A DNA stretch of 64,000 bases from an uncultured Pelagibacteraceae bacterium (lineage in GTDB: Bacteria; Pseudomonadota; Alphaproteobacteria; Pelagibacterales; Pelagibacteraceae), in NCBI GenBank assembly GCA_902521805.1, contig CABYTL010000004.1, positions 7,769-71,768 on the forward strand. The letters are read 5' to 3'. Shown piece by piece: positions 9,558 to 18,985 of this stretch (positions are counted from its first letter, which is position 1; each line of letters begins with the position of its first letter). The notes below the pieces were generated by a model, which saw only the letters and a list, made by a program, of their open reading frames with translations, made no database searches and was not told the origin of the DNA. Position numbers and translations under genes: made by a program.

Positions 9558-9641
9558 ATGCCTAAGAGAAGAAAAAAAGCAGCAAAGAAAACTAAGAAAA
9601 AAGCTAAAAAGAAAAAAGCTAAAAAAAGAAGAAGAAGATAG
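9558..9641 (+). CDS. 27-aa protamine/histone-H1-like basic peptide
   Basis: MPKRRKKAAKKTKKKAKKKKAKKRRRR*; preceded by RBS AAAAAGGGAG; flanked by promoter and terminator; not in ORF track. Confidence 0.8.
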   Translation: MPKRRKKAAKKTKKKAKKKKAKKRRRR

Positions 9642-9657
9642 TTACTTAGTTATCTTT

Positions 9658-9703
9658 AAAAAAACGCTTCTCAAAACAATTTGTTTGGGAGGCGTTTTTT
9701 TTT
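9658..9703 (+). terminator. Intrinsic terminator, possibly bidirectional
   Basis: A7-CGCTTCTCAAAAC...GTTTGGGAGGCG-T9; G-U pairs favour folding of the + strand transcript; carD stop abuts on the - strand. Confidence 0.85.
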
Positions 9704-10568
9704 ACTCTTCAACAGGCTCTATTTCATCAGCCTCATTGATAGGCTCTTCTGTTGTTAAATTGGTAGTAGTAGTTTTTGGTTTAGTGTCATTCGCTGGAGA
9801 TTTTTGATTTTCTCCTAAATTTCTTTTTAAAGCTTTATCAAGTTTTTTCTGTGTTTCCTCTAACGAGAAATTTAATACGATTTGAAATTCTGAGAGAATT
9901 CTTTCGTAGGCCTTCTCAAACAATTGCCTCTCACTATAAGATTGATCTACCATTAGGTCATCTCCTTTATTCAAATCTCTCACTACCTCTGCTAGTTCAT
10001 AAATTTTTCCTGAAGATATTTTTGACTCGTACTCTTGAGCTCTTCTGCTCCACATCGATCTTTTTATTTTTGGTTTACTTTTTAATATAGAAATACTTTT
10101 ATTAACTTGGTTAATTGTAGATAGAGGTCTTAAATGCGATTGCTTATTTATTGGAACCATACCATTAGCTTTATCTTTCTCAAATTTGATTACATAAGTT
10201 TCTACGTCTATCCCACCAATATTTATTTTTTTAAATTCAGTAATTTGACCAACTCCATGTTTAGGATAAACAACAAAATCTTTTACTTTATACTCTTTCT
10301 TTTCAGAAACTTGTTTTTTTACTTTCTTGATCTCTGGTTTTAATTCATTAGTTTTTGAAATTCTTAAAGTATTGTTTTTTATCTCAGAAGTTTGTTCAGG
10401 TTTTTTTAGATTTTTTTTTGGTTTAATAATATTTTTTTTCTTATTTTTTTTTGTTATTATCTTTTTAATTTTTGGTATTTTTTTTTTGGCAACTTTTTTT
10501 TTTGTTTTTTTGGGAGATTTATTTTTAAAGGTTTTCTTCAAAATATTTTTCAAACTTATTTTGCTCAT
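9702..10568 (-). CDS. carD: CarD/CdnL family RNA polymerase-binding regulator with Lys-rich N-terminal extension
   Basis: [46 protein letters not shown]; start codon uncertain. Confidence 0.92.
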   Translation of the reverse strand: MSKISLKNILKKTFKNKSPKKTKKKVAKKKIPKIKKIITKKNKKKNIIKPKKNLKKPEQTSEIKNNTLRISKTNELKPEIKKVKKQVSEKKEYKVKDFVVYPKHGVGQITEFKKINIGGIDVETYVIKFEKDKANGMVPINKQSHLRPLSTINQVNKSISILKSKPKIKRSMWSRRAQEYESKISSGKIYELAEVVRDLNKGDDLMVDQSYSERQLFEKAYERILSEFQIVLNFSLEETQKKLDKALKRNLGENQKSPANDTKPKTTTTNLTTEEPINEADEIEPVEE

Positions 10569-10851
10569 TTTTATATTTTTCGTGATCCGAGGGAGGATCT
10601 TTTTTTTCACTTATGTTTGGCCAGATTTCAGAATATTTTTTATTGATCTCTAACCATTTATCGCTACCTGGTTCTGTATCTGCTTTTATCGCATCAACTG
10701 GACACTCAGGCTCACAAACGCCACAATCTATACACTCATCCGGTTTAATTACAAGCATATTTTTACCCTCATAAAAACAATCTACTGGACAAACATCGAC
10801 ACAGTCCATTAATTTACATTTAATACACTTGTCGTTTACGATGTAAGTCAT
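10525..10851 (-). CDS. fdxA: 7Fe ferredoxin
   Basis: [26 protein letters not shown]...[12 protein letters not shown]. Confidence 0.96.
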   Translation of the reverse strand: MTYIVNDKCIKCKLMDCVDVCPVDCFYEGKNMLVIKPDECIDCGVCEPECPVDAIKADTEPGSDKWLEINKKYSEIWPNISEKKDPPSDHEKYKNEQNKFEKYFEENL

Positions 10852-11267
10852 TAAGAATTTTCTCTTTTAATTTGTTCTTTAATATCTCCCATAGTTTTAC
10901 TATCAATATAAAGCAATCCAGAGAGACGTCGCATCAGATTAGTTTCATATATATCAGCATCTTTATTAGAATAAATAATCCTCCAAAGTGATCTTATAAT
11001 TTTAATCTTATTTTTTTCATCAAGGTTTTTAATTTCTCTAGTAAAATCTAGTATTTGATTTGCATCTTCCTCTTTTTTTTTTGCATCAATCATTAAAGTT
11101 TGAACCTTATCTTTACTTACACCAAGATCGATTAAAGTTTTTTCGACAATTTTCTCCTCTTCTTTTGAATAGTTCTCGTCTATTTTTGCGGCGTGAATTA
11201 GTAATGCAGCAATTTTAACAAAATTTGATATCTTATCCTTATCATCATTGTTTTTATTAAAGAACAT
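10851..11267 (-). CDS. TerB-family protein
   Basis: [26 protein letters not shown]...E...RRLSGLL pattern. Confidence 0.8.
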   Translation of the reverse strand: MFFNKNNDDKDKISNFVKIAALLIHAAKIDENYSKEEEKIVEKTLIDLGVSKDKVQTLMIDAKKKEEDANQILDFTREIKNLDEKNKIKIIRSLWRIIYSNKDADIYETNLMRRLSGLLYIDSKTMGDIKEQIKRENS

Positions 11268-11270
11268 TTG

Positions 11271-13751
11271 TTATCTAAGGTTTAAATTTTTTAATATACC
11301 AAAAGGGTTCTCTTTATCGGTCTTTTTATTAAAGGTTTTTTTAAATTTTTTTGAGGGGGTATATTTGAAAAAAATATCTTCACCTTTTTCCGTAGTTTTA
11401 TAATTCATTTTTTGAATAAGTTTTTTAAAATTATCTTTATTACACCCTAGTAGATTTAACATTTCAGGGATTAATTTAATTTCATTTTTTTCTTTATTTT
11501 CAGAGTTTATTATTTGCATAAATAATCTTTCCAAAATATCTATTCTTACAAAAAAATTGTCAAATTTCTCGAAGCCGCAAAGTAACATAAAGTTTTTATT
11601 TTTTTTATCTTTATCATCAATAAAATTTAATCCAAATGTTGGAGGATCTAGTTTAAAATATTTCTGATGATAATTTTTCCATAATAATGTTCTGAGTGTC
11701 ACAGGCTCAGGTTTTATTAATTTATGAAGATAAACATGATATCTACCAAATTTTACACCTAAATCTCTCAAGATTCTTCTTTCATTTTGACCTAAATTTT
11801 TTAGATAATCAGAAACATCGTCTCTTTTAAGTACTCCGTTATTTTCATAGAGCTGATAAGATAATGCTTTAATTGAGGAATGTTTATCTTTAATATTTTT
11901 TAAATTAATTAAACTTTTTAGAATAGTATCGATTTTATTGTTTAACCATTTTTTTATAAATGAACTTAACTTTTGTCTCTGATCTTGTTCAAGAATATCA
12001 TCTACTATTAACTCAAAATTGGGACTAAGGTAGTCATTTCCTGGATATAGTTTGGCAATTGCAAAACTATGCCAATAAATTTTAAAATCGCTATTAAGTT
12101 CAATCAAGCCAGTGTTTATTATAGCCTGTATTCTTTTTTCTAATTCTGGCCCGATAGTTTGTCTAGCAGCTTTCTTGAGAGATTTAATATCTGTCTCTAA
12201 AGCACCTTTTTTTAAATCTAGTTCTAGTTTGAGGCCATTAATTCTTCCTATAAACTGTTCATCAATTTTTACTTCATTATTTTCTAATATCTCAGTTTTA
12301 AATTCCATATCTTGTTTTAAACCTCTTGCAAGTATGCTTGCTCTTTTATCAATAAATGTTTTTGTAAGTTCTTCATGAAGTCGGTCAGAAAGTTTGTCTT
12401 CCAATATTTTTGTTTTTTCTATCCAATAATTTTGATTTTCAATCCAGTTATTTTTATTAGAAACATATGACCAAGTTCTAACATTTGCAATTCTATTTGA
12501 TAAAGAATCAACATTTCCCTCTAATTTATCTAATTTCATTAACTGTAATTGCATAAATTCGTTGGTAATTTTACCTTTTTTACTATTAAGTAATTTAAAT
12601 ACATTTTCAATTACTTCATAATGATTTCCATATGTTTTTTTGACAAAATCTGGTATTTGACAGCATTCCCACAATAAATTTAAATTTCTACTTTCAAAAT
12701 TAATTTTTTCAAAATCTTTATCTCTTAAAAAAAATTTTAACGCTTTTTCGTCATCACACTCATGAATTTTTCTTAACCATTCTTTTTGTGGTTTTACTTC
12801 TAAGGACTTTATTAAACTATATGGATTATTAAAGTTTAGATTTGAGTTTCTCCAAAATAAAGTTCTAATTTCCTCAAATTTATGATTTTCTAATAATTCT
12901 ACTTCCTCAGCATTAATTTCTTTGCAATCGCCTGTTATACCAAAACTACCATCATTTAGGTATCTTCCTGCTCTTCCTGCAATTTGACCAATTTCAGATA
13001 AATTAAGTCTTCTTAGTTTTTTACCATCAAATTTTCTAAGATTAGAAAAATATACATAGTTTAAATCCATATTTATTCCCATGCCAATAGCATCTGTAGC
13101 AACTAAAAAATCAACATCTCCTGATTGGTATAATTCAACTTGGGCGTTTCTAGTTTTTGGACTTAAAGATCCCATAACTATAGCAGCACCACCTTTTTGT
13201 CTTCTAATTAATTCTGCAATTGCATAAACTTCTTCAGAGGAAAATGCGATAATAGCAGTTTTGCGATCTATTCTAGATATTTTTTTATAACCTTCATATG
13301 AAAGTTTTGATAATCTATTTCTATTTACAAACTCAATATCACCATCTAACTTTGAGATTATGTTTTTAATAGTATAAGATCCCATTAACATGGTAAGTTT
13401 ATTTCCTCTCATATTAAGTAATCTATCAGTAAAAATATGGCCTCTCTCATGGTCTGCACACATTTGGATTTCATCTACAGCAACAAAGTCCAAAGACTTA
13501 TCTATTGGCATAGATTCAACTGTGCATAAAAAATACTTTGCATTAGAGGGGATAATTTTTTCTTCACCAGTAATAAGAGCAACGTTATTCTTTCCAATTC
13601 TATCAATTACCTTATCGTAAACTTCTCTCGCCAATAATCTTAGAGGAAAGCCAATCATTCCATTTTCAAAAGACAACATGGTTTCTATTGCCAAATGAGT
13701 TTTTCCAGTATTAGTGGGACCTAGAACTGCAGTAATTTTATTTTGTGTCAT
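11271..13751 (-). CDS. mgpS: SUV3/MgpS-like SF2 helicase
   Basis: GPTNTGKT, DEIQ, ATDAIGMG, QIAGRAGR. Confidence 0.9.
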   Translation of the reverse strand: MTQNKITAVLGPTNTGKTHLAIETMLSFENGMIGFPLRLLAREVYDKVIDRIGKNNVALITGEEKIIPSNAKYFLCTVESMPIDKSLDFVAVDEIQMCADHERGHIFTDRLLNMRGNKLTMLMGSYTIKNIISKLDGDIEFVNRNRLSKLSYEGYKKISRIDRKTAIIAFSSEEVYAIAELIRRQKGGAAIVMGSLSPKTRNAQVELYQSGDVDFLVATDAIGMGINMDLNYVYFSNLRKFDGKKLRRLNLSEIGQIAGRAGRYLNDGSFGITGDCKEINAEEVELLENHKFEEIRTLFWRNSNLNFNNPYSLIKSLEVKPQKEWLRKIHECDDEKALKFFLRDKDFEKINFESRNLNLLWECCQIPDFVKKTYGNHYEVIENVFKLLNSKKGKITNEFMQLQLMKLDKLEGNVDSLSNRIANVRTWSYVSNKNNWIENQNYWIEKTKILEDKLSDRLHEELTKTFIDKRASILARGLKQDMEFKTEILENNEVKIDEQFIGRINGLKLELDLKKGALETDIKSLKKAARQTIGPELEKRIQAIINTGLIELNSDFKIYWHSFAIAKLYPGNDYLSPNFELIVDDILEQDQRQKLSSFIKKWLNNKIDTILKSLINLKNIKDKHSSIKALSYQLYENNGVLKRDDVSDYLKNLGQNERRILRDLGVKFGRYHVYLHKLIKPEPVTLRTLLWKNYHQKYFKLDPPTFGLNFIDDKDKKNKNFMLLCGFEKFDNFFVRIDILERLFMQIINSENKEKNEIKLIPEMLNLLGCNKDNFKKLIQKMNYKTTEKGEDIFFKYTPSKKFKKTFNKKTDKENPFGILKNLNLR

Positions 13752-13866
13752 CTCTATTTTTGGTATACCTTTTTTTTAACCTACCAGATATAGTTGGTAC
13801 CTAAGAACAAATATGGACTAAAACATGTCCGAATCATTAAATAAAATGTTCTCATCGTAAATAAAA

Positions 13867-14289
13867 TTATTTTGTTTTTAGATTTTGAGTTTTTATATTA
13901 ACAATTTTCCAAATTCCAGATGCTGAAGCAATAATTTTGTCTTCACATTTTAATTCACAAAATAAAAAAACAAGAGTTTTTGTTTTTTTTAAAATTTTGA
14001 CGTTTCCCATAATTTCATCATTTATTTTAGATGCACCAATAAATTTTAGATCTAGAGAAATTGTTACACAAGGAAGATTATTTGTAGATCTGTATGCTGA
14101 GGTTCCTGCCCCGGCATCTATTAAAGCTGCAATATATCCACCATGTGTAATGCCAGAAGCATTTAGATGTTTCTCATTAATCTTTGATTTAAATTCATAC
14201 TCTTTTTCAGAAATTGTTCTGAAGAGAAGACCACCATTATGCTTCATAAAACCTGGTTTTACACTTATTTGTTCAAAATTACTGTCCAT
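13867..14289 (-). CDS. PaaI-family thioesterase
   Basis: HLNASGITHGGYIAALID hotdog-fold motif. Confidence 0.9.
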   Translation of the reverse strand: MDSNFEQISVKPGFMKHNGGLLFRTISEKEYEFKSKINEKHLNASGITHGGYIAALIDAGAGTSAYRSTNNLPCVTISLDLKFIGASKINDEIMGNVKILKKTKTLVFLFCELKCEDKIIASASGIWKIVNIKTQNLKTK

Positions 14290-14294
14290 ATATT

Positions 14295-14393
14295 TTATAA
14301 AATAATTGTCAGGATTAATAATATAATAAAAATAAATACAAAAAAAATAATAACTGAGTTTTGAAGTGACAGTTTCAAAATTTTTTTAATCAT
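14295..14393 (-). CDS. Possible 32-aa single-pass membrane microprotein
   Basis: MIKKILKLSLQNSVIIFFVFIFIILLILTIIL*; AAGGA upstream; fills the gap between tRNA-Arg and the thioesterase gene. Confidence 0.4.
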   Translation of the reverse strand: MIKKILKLSLQNSVIIFFVFIFIILLILTIIL

Positions 14394-14407
14394 TTTAAAT
14401 CCTTTTT

Positions 14408-14484
14408 TGGTGCACCTCGAAGGAGTCGAACCCTCAACCTGCTGATCCGTAGTCAGCCGCTCTATCCAATTGAGCTAGAGGTGC
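14408..14484 (-). tRNA. tRNA-Arg(ACG)
   Basis: Reverse complement GCACCTC...CTACGGA anticodon loop...GTTCGAC...GAGGTGCACCA. Confidence 0.97.
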
Positions 14485-14556
14485 TGATAGATTATTATTT
14501 TAATTCTATAGTATTATCACTTTTTGGTGTAATTTGTTGAAAAATATTATTCTAAA

Positions 14557-15732
14557 ATGAAAAATAAATTTAACGAAGTTGTAATCATTGCTGCTGGAAG
14601 AACGCCTATTGGTACTTTCAAAGGTTCATTAAAAAATATCAAGGCAGATCAACTGGGTTCAATAGTTATTAGAGAAATCATTAATAGAGCAATGATAAAA
14701 GCTGAGGATATTAATGAAGTAATTATAGGACAAGTTTTAACTTCAGGAATGGGACAAAATCCTGCTAGACAAGCATCAATCAATGCTGGATTACCAAAGA
14801 CAGTACCTGCACACTTAGTTAACCAAGTTTGTGGATCTGGATTAAGATCAATAATTTCAGGATTTCAAACGATAAAACTTAATGAGGCAAAATATATCGT
14901 TTCAGGCGGGCAAGAAAATATGTCAATTGCACCCCACGCTTTATATTATAGAAATGAAAAAAAATTATCAGAAGACAAACTAATAGATACAATGATTTAT
15001 GATGGTCTCATTGATGCATTTAATAACTATCATATGGGAATGACAGCAGAAAATATTGCCGAAAAATTTAAGATCTCTAGACAAGATCAAGATGATTTTG
15101 CCCTTAGATCTCAAGCAAAAACTCAATTATCTTTAGAGCAAAATAAATTTAAAGATGAATTAATCAAAGTAAGTTTAAATGGATTTGTTTTAAATTCAGA
15201 TGAACATCCAAGAAAAAATTTAAAGATTGAGGATTTAAAAAAATTAAGAACAGTTTTTAAAAAAGATGGAACTGTTACTGCTGGTAATTCTTCTGGTATA
15301 AATGATGGAGCTGCAGCTGTTATTTTAACAAGTGATGAAGAGGCAAATAAAAGATCATTAAGTCCCCTTGTTAAAATCGTTTCCTGGTCATCTATAGGTG
15401 TTGATCCATCTTTAATGGGCTTAGGTCCTATAGAAGCAGTTCGAATAGCTTTAAAAAAAGCCAATTGGAAAATTGAAGATGTCGATTTATTTGAAATTAA
15501 TGAGGCTTTTGCAGCCCAGAGCATTGCTGTTATTAGAGAGCTTAATATTGATGAACAGAAAGTTAATGTTAATGGTGGAGCTATAGCATTAGGCCATCCG
15601 ATCGGTGCATCAGGTACAAGAATATTGGTGACTCTAATTTATGAGTTACTAAGGCAAAATAAAACTAAAGGTTGCGCTACTCTGTGTATAGGTGGTGGAA
15701 TGGGAATAGCAATTTGTATTGAAAAAATTTAA
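14557..15732 (+). CDS. phbA: Acetyl-CoA C-acetyltransferase (thiolase)
   Basis: NQVCGSG, NEAFAAQ, GHPIGASG, CIGGGMG. Confidence 0.93.
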   Translation: MKNKFNEVVIIAAGRTPIGTFKGSLKNIKADQLGSIVIREIINRAMIKAEDINEVIIGQVLTSGMGQNPARQASINAGLPKTVPAHLVNQVCGSGLRSIISGFQTIKLNEAKYIVSGGQENMSIAPHALYYRNEKKLSEDKLIDTMIYDGLIDAFNNYHMGMTAENIAEKFKISRQDQDDFALRSQAKTQLSLEQNKFKDELIKVSLNGFVLNSDEHPRKNLKIEDLKKLRTVFKKDGTVTAGNSSGINDGAAAVILTSDEEANKRSLSPLVKIVSWSSIGVDPSLMGLGPIEAVRIALKKANWKIEDVDLFEINEAFAAQSIAVIRELNIDEQKVNVNGGAIALGHPIGASGTRILVTLIYELLRQNKTKGCATLCIGGGMGIAICIEKI

Positions 15733-15845
15733 TGATTTTTTTTAAAAAATTTTTTTTCTAAAAGTATTTTTTGTATCCAAAACTGGCTATCAAGATCTTG
15801 TAATTCTCTATAATTTAAAAAGGAGTTTATAATTCTTTTAAACAT
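15729..15845 (-). CDS. Possible 38-aa small protein
   Basis: MFKRIINSFLNYRELQDLDSQFWIQKILLEKKFFKKNH*; its stop overlaps the thiolase stop as in other convergent pairs here. Confidence 0.5.
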   Translation of the reverse strand: MFKRIINSFLNYRELQDLDSQFWIQKILLEKKFFKKNH

Positions 15846-15940
15846 TTAATTATTTTCTCAGCAAAGATTGTCAAAATTTTGGGCAAAATTTGATGAAAAT
15901 AGCAATTTATTGTCTATTTTTAGTGTATAAGATTAAAAAA

Positions 15941-18900
15941 ATGAGTGAAAAATTATTAGTTCCTGACATAGGTGATTTTGAAAATGTTGAAGTTATTGAA
16001 CTTTTAGTAAAAGTGGGGGAAAAACTAAAATTAAATGATCCAGTAGTTACTATTGAAAGTGATAAATCAAGCGTTGAAATACCCTCAACTTTATCAGGAA
16101 TAATTGAAAAAATTAATGTTAAGGTTGGTGATAAAGTTTCTAAAGGTCATTTGTTATTAAATGTTAATTCACAAACTTCTGAAATAAAAGATAAAAGTGT
16201 CATACCTAGAGACACTGAGAATTTAATACAACAAGCTGAAAAAGTTTTAAAAGAAAATCAAAAAATTATTTCACCTGTAAAAAATAAGATTTCAAGTAAT
16301 AAAAAACCTGAAATTATACAAGTTGTAAATAAAGGTGATATTGACCCAGTTGAAACTAAAGAGTGGTTAGAGTCTCTTTCGGCTGTTATTGAAAAAGATG
16401 GAGATCATAGAGCTCATTATTTAATAAAAGAACTTATCAACAAAGCTTATATGGAAGGTGTAAATATTCCATATACTCAAAATACACCTTATATAAATAC
16501 TATTCCTGTCAATGAGGAAAAAAAATCTACTGGAGATCAGAATATTGAAAGAAGAATAAGGTCATTAATAAGATGGAACGCAGCTGCTATGGTTGTAAGA
16601 GCCAATAAAAAATTTCCTGAGTTAGGTGGTCATATAGGAACATTTGCCTCTGCTGCAACCCTTTATGACGTTGGTATTAATCATTTCTTTAGAGCAAAAA
16701 ATAATAAGTTTGGTGGAGATCTAATTTATTTTCAAGGTCACAGTGCACCAGGTATGTATGCCAGAGCATATTTAGAGGGAAGATTGAATGAAAAACAATT
16801 AGATAATTTTAGACAAGAGGTAAAATCTGGTGGATTATCTTCATATCCTCATCCATGGTTAATGCCAGATTTTTGGCAATTTCCAACTGTATCTATGGGA
16901 CTTGGACCAATGCTAGCAATTTATCAAGCTAGATATATGAAATATTTAATTAATAGAGGTTTAATTAAAGATGAGGGAAGAAAAGTATGGGCTTTTTTAG
17001 GTGATGGTGAAATGGATGAACCGGAGTCTTTAGGAGCAATTGGTCTAGCAGCAAGAGAAAAACTAGATAATTTAATTTTTGTGATTAATTGCAATTTACA
17101 AAGACTAGATGGACCCGTGAGAGGAAATGGAAAAATAATTCAAGAGTTAGAAGGTATATTTAGAGGAGCAGGATGGAATGTTATAAAAGTTATTTGGGGG
17201 TCTTATTGGGACTCACTACTATTAAATGATAAAACCGGCCACCTTGTTAAAACTATGAATGAAACTGTGGATGGAGAATATCAAGCAATGAAAGCAAGAG
17301 ACGGAGCATACGTGAGAGAAAAATTTTTTGGAAAATATCCCGAAACTAAAGAACTTGTCTCTAGTCTTTCCGATAAAGATATTTGGAGACTTAATCGAGG
17401 AGGACATGATCCTCATAAAGTTTTTGCTGCATACGATAAAGCCGCAAAAAATATTGGCAGCCCAACTGTTGTAATTGCTAAGACTATAAAGGGCTATGGA
17501 ATGGGAAAAAGTGGTGAAAGCGTAAATACAACTCATCAAACTAAGAAATTAGATATTAATGATTTAATGTACTATAGAGACAGATTTGATGTACCTTTAA
17601 CAGATCAACAAGTAAAAAATATTGAATATTACAAGCCAGACGATAATTCTGCAGAAATAAAGTATTTAAAAGAGAGAAGACTTAAACTAGGAGGATTTCT
17701 TCCAGAAAGAAGTACTTTCGCAAAATCTATTAAAGCTCCACCAAAAAATATTTTTGATAATATGAAAATCTCAACTGGTAAAAAAGAAATGTCTACTACA
17801 ATGGCTCTAGTTAGGATGTTAACAAACTTATTAAGAGATAAAAATGTTGCACCGAGATTAGTCCCAATTATTCCAGATGAGGCTCGAACATTTGGTATGG
17901 AAGGATTTTTTCAAAAGATTGGAATATATGCTCATGAGGGACAAAAATATGAACCAGAGGACTTTGCACAATTAAGTTCATATAAAGAGGAAAAAAGTGG
18001 ACAAGTACTAGAAGAGGGAATTAATGAAGCAGGAGCAATGTCATCATGGATTGCTGCCGGGACTTCTTACACTAATCATGATATTGAAATGATTCCTATA
18101 TATCTTTTTTACTCTATGTTTGGTTTTCAAAGAGTAGGAGACTTTGCATGGGCTGGTGCTGACAGTCAATCAAGAGGATTTTTAATAGGAGCAACTGCTG
18201 GTAGAACAACTTTAGCAGGAGAGGGTTTACAACATCAAGATGGCCACAGTCATTTGTTGGCTTCAACTATCCCCAACTGTATTTCCTATGATCCAACCTT
18301 TCATTATGAATTAGCTGTTATATTTAGAGATGGTCTTAAAAGAATGCATGAGGAGAAGCAAAATATTTTTTATTACATAACAACAATGAACGAAAATTAT
18401 CCTCATCCTGATATGCCAAAAGAAAAGTCTTGTGAAGAAGGAATTTTAAAAGGGATGTATAAAATAAAGGAATTTAATAAGTATAAGAAAACTAAAATTC
18501 AATTTTTAGGTTCCGGAACAATTTTAAGAGAAATGATTTCTGGTGCTGAAATATTACAAAAAGAATACCAGATAGACAGTGAAGTATGGAGCGTAACAAG
18601 CTTTAATGAATTAAGAAGAGATGGTTTAGAGGTAGAAAGATATAACCTTTTGAATCCAGAAAGTGAACCTAAAAAATCTTATGTAGAGGAATGTCTAGAT
18701 AAAACAGAAGGACCTATTTTAGCTGCATCTGATTATATGAGAATGAATTCAGACCAAATTAGACCTTATGTTAAAAAGAGTTTTTATTCCTTAGGAACAG
18801 ATGGTTTCGGGCGCAGCGATACTAGAAAAAACTTAAGAAATTTTTTTGAAGTTGATAAAGAACATGTTGTGGCTTATGGATTGAGTGTTTTGGCTAAAGA

Positions 18901-18985
18901 GCAACTTATAACTTCTAGATATGCAAAAGAAGCAATTAAAAAATATAAAATTGATACAAAAAAACCAATGCCGACAAAATTATAA
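15941..18985 (+). CDS. aceE: Pyruvate dehydrogenase E1, homodimeric type, with N-terminal lipoyl domain
   Basis: ESDKSSVEIP lipoyl motif, then DIDPVETKEWL, GDGEMDEPES, NCNLQRLDGPV; start set at ATG 15941. Confidence 0.96.
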   Translation: MSEKLLVPDIGDFENVEVIELLVKVGEKLKLNDPVVTIESDKSSVEIPSTLSGIIEKINVKVGDKVSKGHLLLNVNSQTSEIKDKSVIPRDTENLIQQAEKVLKENQKIISPVKNKISSNKKPEIIQVVNKGDIDPVETKEWLESLSAVIEKDGDHRAHYLIKELINKAYMEGVNIPYTQNTPYINTIPVNEEKKSTGDQNIERRIRSLIRWNAAAMVVRANKKFPELGGHIGTFASAATLYDVGINHFFRAKNNKFGGDLIYFQGHSAPGMYARAYLEGRLNEKQLDNFRQEVKSGGLSSYPHPWLMPDFWQFPTVSMGLGPMLAIYQARYMKYLINRGLIKDEGRKVWAFLGDGEMDEPESLGAIGLAAREKLDNLIFVINCNLQRLDGPVRGNGKIIQELEGIFRGAGWNVIKVIWGSYWDSLLLNDKTGHLVKTMNETVDGEYQAMKARDGAYVREKFFGKYPETKELVSSLSDKDIWRLNRGGHDPHKVFAAYDKAAKNIGSPTVVIAKTIKGYGMGKSGESVNTTHQTKKLDINDLMYYRDRFDVPLTDQQVKNIEYYKPDDNSAEIKYLKERRLKLGGFLPERSTFAKSIKAPPKNIFDNMKISTGKKEMSTTMALVRMLTNLLRDKNVAPRLVPIIPDEARTFGMEGFFQKIGIYAHEGQKYEPEDFAQLSSYKEEKSGQVLEEGINEAGAMSSWIAAGTSYTNHDIEMIPIYLFYSMFGFQRVGDFAWAGADSQSRGFLIGATAGRTTLAGEGLQHQDGHSHLLASTIPNCISYDPTFHYELAVIFRDGLKRMHEEKQNIFYYITTMNENYPHPDMPKEKSCEEGILKGMYKIKEFNKYKKTKIQFLGSGTILREMISGAEILQKEYQIDSEVWSVTSFNELRRDGLEVERYNLLNPESEPKKSYVEECLDKTEGPILAASDYMRMNSDQIRPYVKKSFYSLGTDGFGRSDTRKNLRNFFEVDKEHVVAYGLSVLAKEQLITSRYAKEAIKKYKIDTKKPMPTKL

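Noticed and set aside
10134-10653. Hydrophobic + strand ORFs (10134-10343, 10327-10653)
   Set aside because: Phe-rich antisense shadows of Lys-rich carD codons
13752-13866. Possible LexA box (GAAC-N7-GAAC) or hairpin upstream of the helicase
   Set aside because: GAACAAATATGGACT matches only one half-site well, and the GGAC/GTCC repeat is too short to support a call
14557-15732. Polyhydroxyalkanoate operon
   Set aside because: Thiolase stands alone; no phaB or phaC in the window
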